From Tubiluchus corallicola (lineage: Eukaryota > Animalia > Priapulida), in NCBI GenBank assembly GCA_030141605.1, contig JAQGDQ010000020.1, forward strand, positions 124,001 through 188,000: DNA of 64,000 bases. The letters run 5' to 3'. This document shows positions 60,301 through 64,000 of the stretch, piece by piece (positions within the stretch are counted from its first letter, which is position 1; each line of letters opens with the position of its first letter). A program made the translations under genes and the position numbers. The notes beneath the pieces were generated by a model. That model searched no databases. It was not told the origin of the DNA and saw nothing but the letters and a program-made list of their open reading frames with translations.

Positions 60301-63300
60301 GTTAACGAAGAATGACTTTTTAGGTTCACTTAAGAATGAACATGTATGTTATTCCATAATAGTAAATTGACAATTAGTTAATAGTACATACTTCAATGAC
60401 TGATAAATCATCAGTGCACAATAATTTTGAAAAAACAAACAGATCATTTATTTCTGTTATACGTCATTTAGCCAATAATAACACGTATGCCTGAGGGTCG
60501 TTAGCAAAACAAATTCTTAACTAACCATCTTGAGTAGTTTCTACCACGAGCACTTCTTCGGGTGTTGATCTCATCTCCATAGAACTCTGCACTTGCAATC
60601 TGCTCTTCCTGCCAGTCAGAATCTGTGTTGTTTCATTATCATGTGTTGATGGGTTCTTATCCAGAGCCTACAAGCGTTAAACACTAAAATTTGATTACGT
60701 TCACATATTCGAATTGTCAAAAATAGTGCATTTTTAATAATAATAAGTCCAAATACTATAAAAAACATTTGGAAAATTATCCAACCTCGATGACAGCTGT
60801 CACAAGTTTTGGAGTGTGGGAACTAAGCCTAGTTGATGGCTTTAGCTTCACGTCTTCCTCCTTGATGCTGGGCTTTCTTTCCCGTTTGGCATTTTGAGCA
60901 ATAATTTTCCTACAACATACAATCACTGAAATATAATTGAAAATTTTCAACATTTAAATGAATGATTAACTTACCAATAAAAATATTTCGTAATAAGTAA
61001 TGTTAATAAGTCACATACAGCATACAGTGAAGCTTGATATTCTGTTCCGTAAGTAAGGGACTTATAGGAAATTATTTGTCACATACTTGGCTTTTCGCTT
61101 AAGGGCTTCTTGTGCATCGGGATAATCCTTTATTGTGTCTTGCAGATCAGCTTTGCTTAGCACAAATAGATTAGAAAAGCCACGAGATTTAACATCTGCA
61201 GTTCTTCGATTTCCTCCAGCCAACGACAACAGACTATAAATAATGTGTATAAGTGATTAAACTTTATTACTTTAGAAATATACTCATGACAGTTTTTTAA
61301 CAGTTTTTATGTTCAGGACATATTGTAAGCGATCCATAATAGAGGGATTGCAAAATGTCAATCAACCAGTGAAAGTCCAACTCACAATGGCAGGCGAACC
61401 ACTCCACAGCCCCAGATGTTTACTCACATTTTCGGGCATGCAGATTATACTAAACATGCCAAATATACTGCAAAAGTGTGTGTTTATACATGGTTAGATT
61501 ATTTTTACTTAGGCAAAAAGGACAGACAAATGTTCATGCCGACGGAACATGCATAAGACCTCACGGAACACAGAACCCTTTAAAAACCACGAAGTCTTTG
61601 CCAAAGTAGTTAGCTTTCTATTTTTTAAATTTGAAATCTGATGTTGTTCTACAATGCAAAAATATAGTATGCCTACTTCAGCACTATACGTGTTCAGCAG
61701 GAGGAACAAAATAAAACAGTATTTATTAAACTTTAAGTTAGTAGGCCCTTTTAACTATTACATTCACAAAGTTTAGCCTGGGCAGCTTAGGTTGTTTAAA
61801 ATCAAATGTTAGTGCTTACATAAGTGTTTTAAACTGGCAATGCATGTGTTGTTTTACTCATACAGTGTTCCCTCACTTATCGCAGGTGTTCAGTTCCAGG
61901 CCCACCCGCGATAAGTGAATTTCCGCGAAGTAGGGAGGGACGCTATACTTATTTTATACTTATACTATAATCAACCAATTGTGTGTTGTGTACAATCTCA
62001 CGTCGGCAAGTAGATTCTCAAGCAGGCGCAGGTACTACATTTCGTTTTTGGTGTATATTCATTCGCCGAATAAATACACTATTTACTGCAAATGGTAATT
62101 TTTTATGATCTATAATATTCTTTTAATGTAAGAATTAATATTTTTAATATATTTTTATACATTTTGTGATTTTTTAAGCAAAATTCATCAAATCTATACA
62201 TTACTGTACAATACGTACTATGCATACGTAAAATACTTTAGACGGAGTACCGCAAAAACCCGTGAAGCAGCGAAAGTATCGCAATAAATATTTTACATTA
62301 ATACTTTTTGAAAACCCGTGGAACAGCGAGACTGCGATAAAGGAACCGCGAAGTAGTGAAGGAACACTGTATTTTTGTATAACTGAAAAATCATTTTCAG
62401 TAGCTAAGATCCAGATTTGCTTTATCACTAAGAAAAATTTCACCCTACAGATTCAGGTTGTATAATAGAGTTTTCATTTTCATGCTGAACTTTGATCTCA
62501 AGACACTCAAAAATAATTTAAGTGCAAATGCAAGTAAGGATATCTATAATTTTACGTTTACAACAAGTTCGTTTAGCAGCAGATTTTTTCTGTTGGAGAT
62601 CAGCATTCTGGTCTTAAGGTAACAACGCCTAATCTTTCTCATAAAAGCTTGACACCATGCATATATCCTTGAGCAAAATAATTAAAACTCGTTTCTTGTA
62701 GTCAGTTAAGTATAACAGAGATACATTTTCTGGAACAAGAGACAAATCGTTACAATGTTTCCTGTTTTCCCCTATATTTATAGTTATTCTCTAAGGTGGC
62801 TAAGGCAGTGGCTGTCAGCCAGCGATTGTGAGACAAAAACCGGGGAGGCATGGCTTAGTAATGTAATTCTGCCAACTGTGATCTGTGATCAGTCAATATC
62901 TAAAAGGCTTTAATTTCTGGCTTTAATTTTGCCACACCACACTAATATATTTTAGAGGTGTAAATGGGCATATACATTTGTGTATTTATTATGGTCTGTT
63001 TTTATTTTTTTGCTCCATTTGAGAAGGTAGAGAAGGTCAAAAGAGATGGTTCAAATAAATAAATAACAATTATCGAGCAATATTGTGCTTTATCACAGTT
63101 ATGCTCAGTTAAAGTTTCAGAAATATGTGCCTAAAAGACTGAGCATCCATCACACGAGAACACAACACAGCCATTATAACAATTCAATTTTGCAACTTAA
63201 AAACACATACAACTTTTAAGATGAAGTACAAAAAGCACGAAAACACTCAATAACAACTATAAATTGTAACATGAATTTTAAAAAATATTTTATGTTCTAT

Positions 63301-63833
63301 AAACGCCTTTTTTTTACTTCAGCAATGTCTTTTTAACATTAGAAGCATAAGCATTACCTGATTTCTCCAAAGACACTTCCAGAATGCAAAGTAGCCAGAA
63401 CAATGTCATTTTTCTCTCCTCCCATAACTTGAACCTGGCCATTGTTTACAATGTACATTTCGTGCCCTACATCTCCCTAAAGACACAAGTGAAACCTTTG
63501 CATGTTTTTGCTAAATAAAATACTATTTACGGACCATGTAATAATTTCAGAATTATTTCATCAAAACAGCCAAAAAAGGAACTAGCAGGATTGTATTTTT
63601 GTCAGTGTCAAGATGTGCATGAATAAAAATGTTTGTTTCTAACAAGTCAGCTCAAGAAAGGTTTGCTTAATATTTATATAATGATATTGTTCAGTGTTAA
63701 ATTCTACAAAATAATGCTGATTTAGATTTATATAAAAAATAAACAGTACCTTTCTGCAGACCAAATCACCAGGCAGATATAACACGGGGCGCAATCGTAA
63801 CACTAGCACTCGAAGCAGCCCTTTTTCACAGTC
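57329..63833 (-). CDS. CNGB: Cyclic nucleotide-gated channel, beta-type subunit (CNGB/TAX-2-like), last 8 exons; the 5' part lies right of the window
   Basis: Frame-consistent GT-AG exons: 63833-63750 [28 protein letters not shown]; 63476-63358 [20 protein letters not shown]...[11 protein letters not shown]; 61233-61087 [30 protein letters not shown]...[13 protein letters not shown]; 60909-60786 ([10 protein letters not shown]); 60667-60526; 59888-59787; 58429-58322; 57936-57329. YLPxD, GQVQVxGG, GSVFGEISLL, GFxNLFxL and TPKL are beta-subunit signatures. Confidence 0.92.
58589..59629. mobile_element. Degenerate non-autonomous element with gactcgactt/gacttgg subterminal repeats (hAT-like), in a CNG intron
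   Basis: Clusters of gactcgactt(g/c/a) at about 58600-58720 and 59437-59607; the right end reads acaacattg. The superfamily call is inference. Confidence 0.5.
61863..62369. mobile_element. Tc1/mariner (Tigger-like) MITE, 507 bp, in a CNG intron
   Basis: TIRs cagtgttccctcacttatcgc and gcgaagtagtgaaggaacactg, with TA at 61861-61862 and 62370-62371 and internal ccgcga(a/t) repeats. Confidence 0.85.
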
Positions 63834-64000
63834 CTGGAAATTTAATAAGAAACTACAGAAAATGAGAATGCAGTAACAAACATTATATTGTTAAGTGAAT
63901 AAATGTAAGTTTATAAATTAATCATAAAATAGTATTATTGTAAAACAACACCCATCATTGTTTGTAAATGCTCCAAAATTTTTTTAGTGATTTCCAGATA

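Overview
AT-rich animal genomic DNA with GT-AG introns, microsatellites and transposon remnants. It is probably from an invertebrate (inference from gene content and repeat style only). No prokaryotic features, CRISPR arrays, intact rRNA or tRNA genes were seen. Six protein-coding genes can be built by hand: (1) exon 1 of a secreted reeler-domain protein (- strand, runs off the left edge); (2) a complete six-exon core-binding factor beta gene (CBFB/Brother-like, - strand, 8554-19340), mostly missed by the ORF track; (3,4) two tandem five-exon beta-tubulin genes (+ strand); (5) an LRR single-pass membrane protein with an intron-free CDS (+ strand); (6) the last eight exons of a CNG channel beta-type subunit (- strand, runs off the right edge). 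Repeats include an internally deleted pogo-like element, several MITEs, a Helentron-like element, SINE-like elements (one possibly 5S-derived) and LINE reverse-transcriptase fossils. I did not find a clearly new biological system. The best leads are Asp in place of the Runx-binding Asn104 of CBF-beta, functional divergence with partial homogenisation of the tubulin pair, and a candidate 5S-derived SINE. All family assignments come from motif recognition, not database searches.
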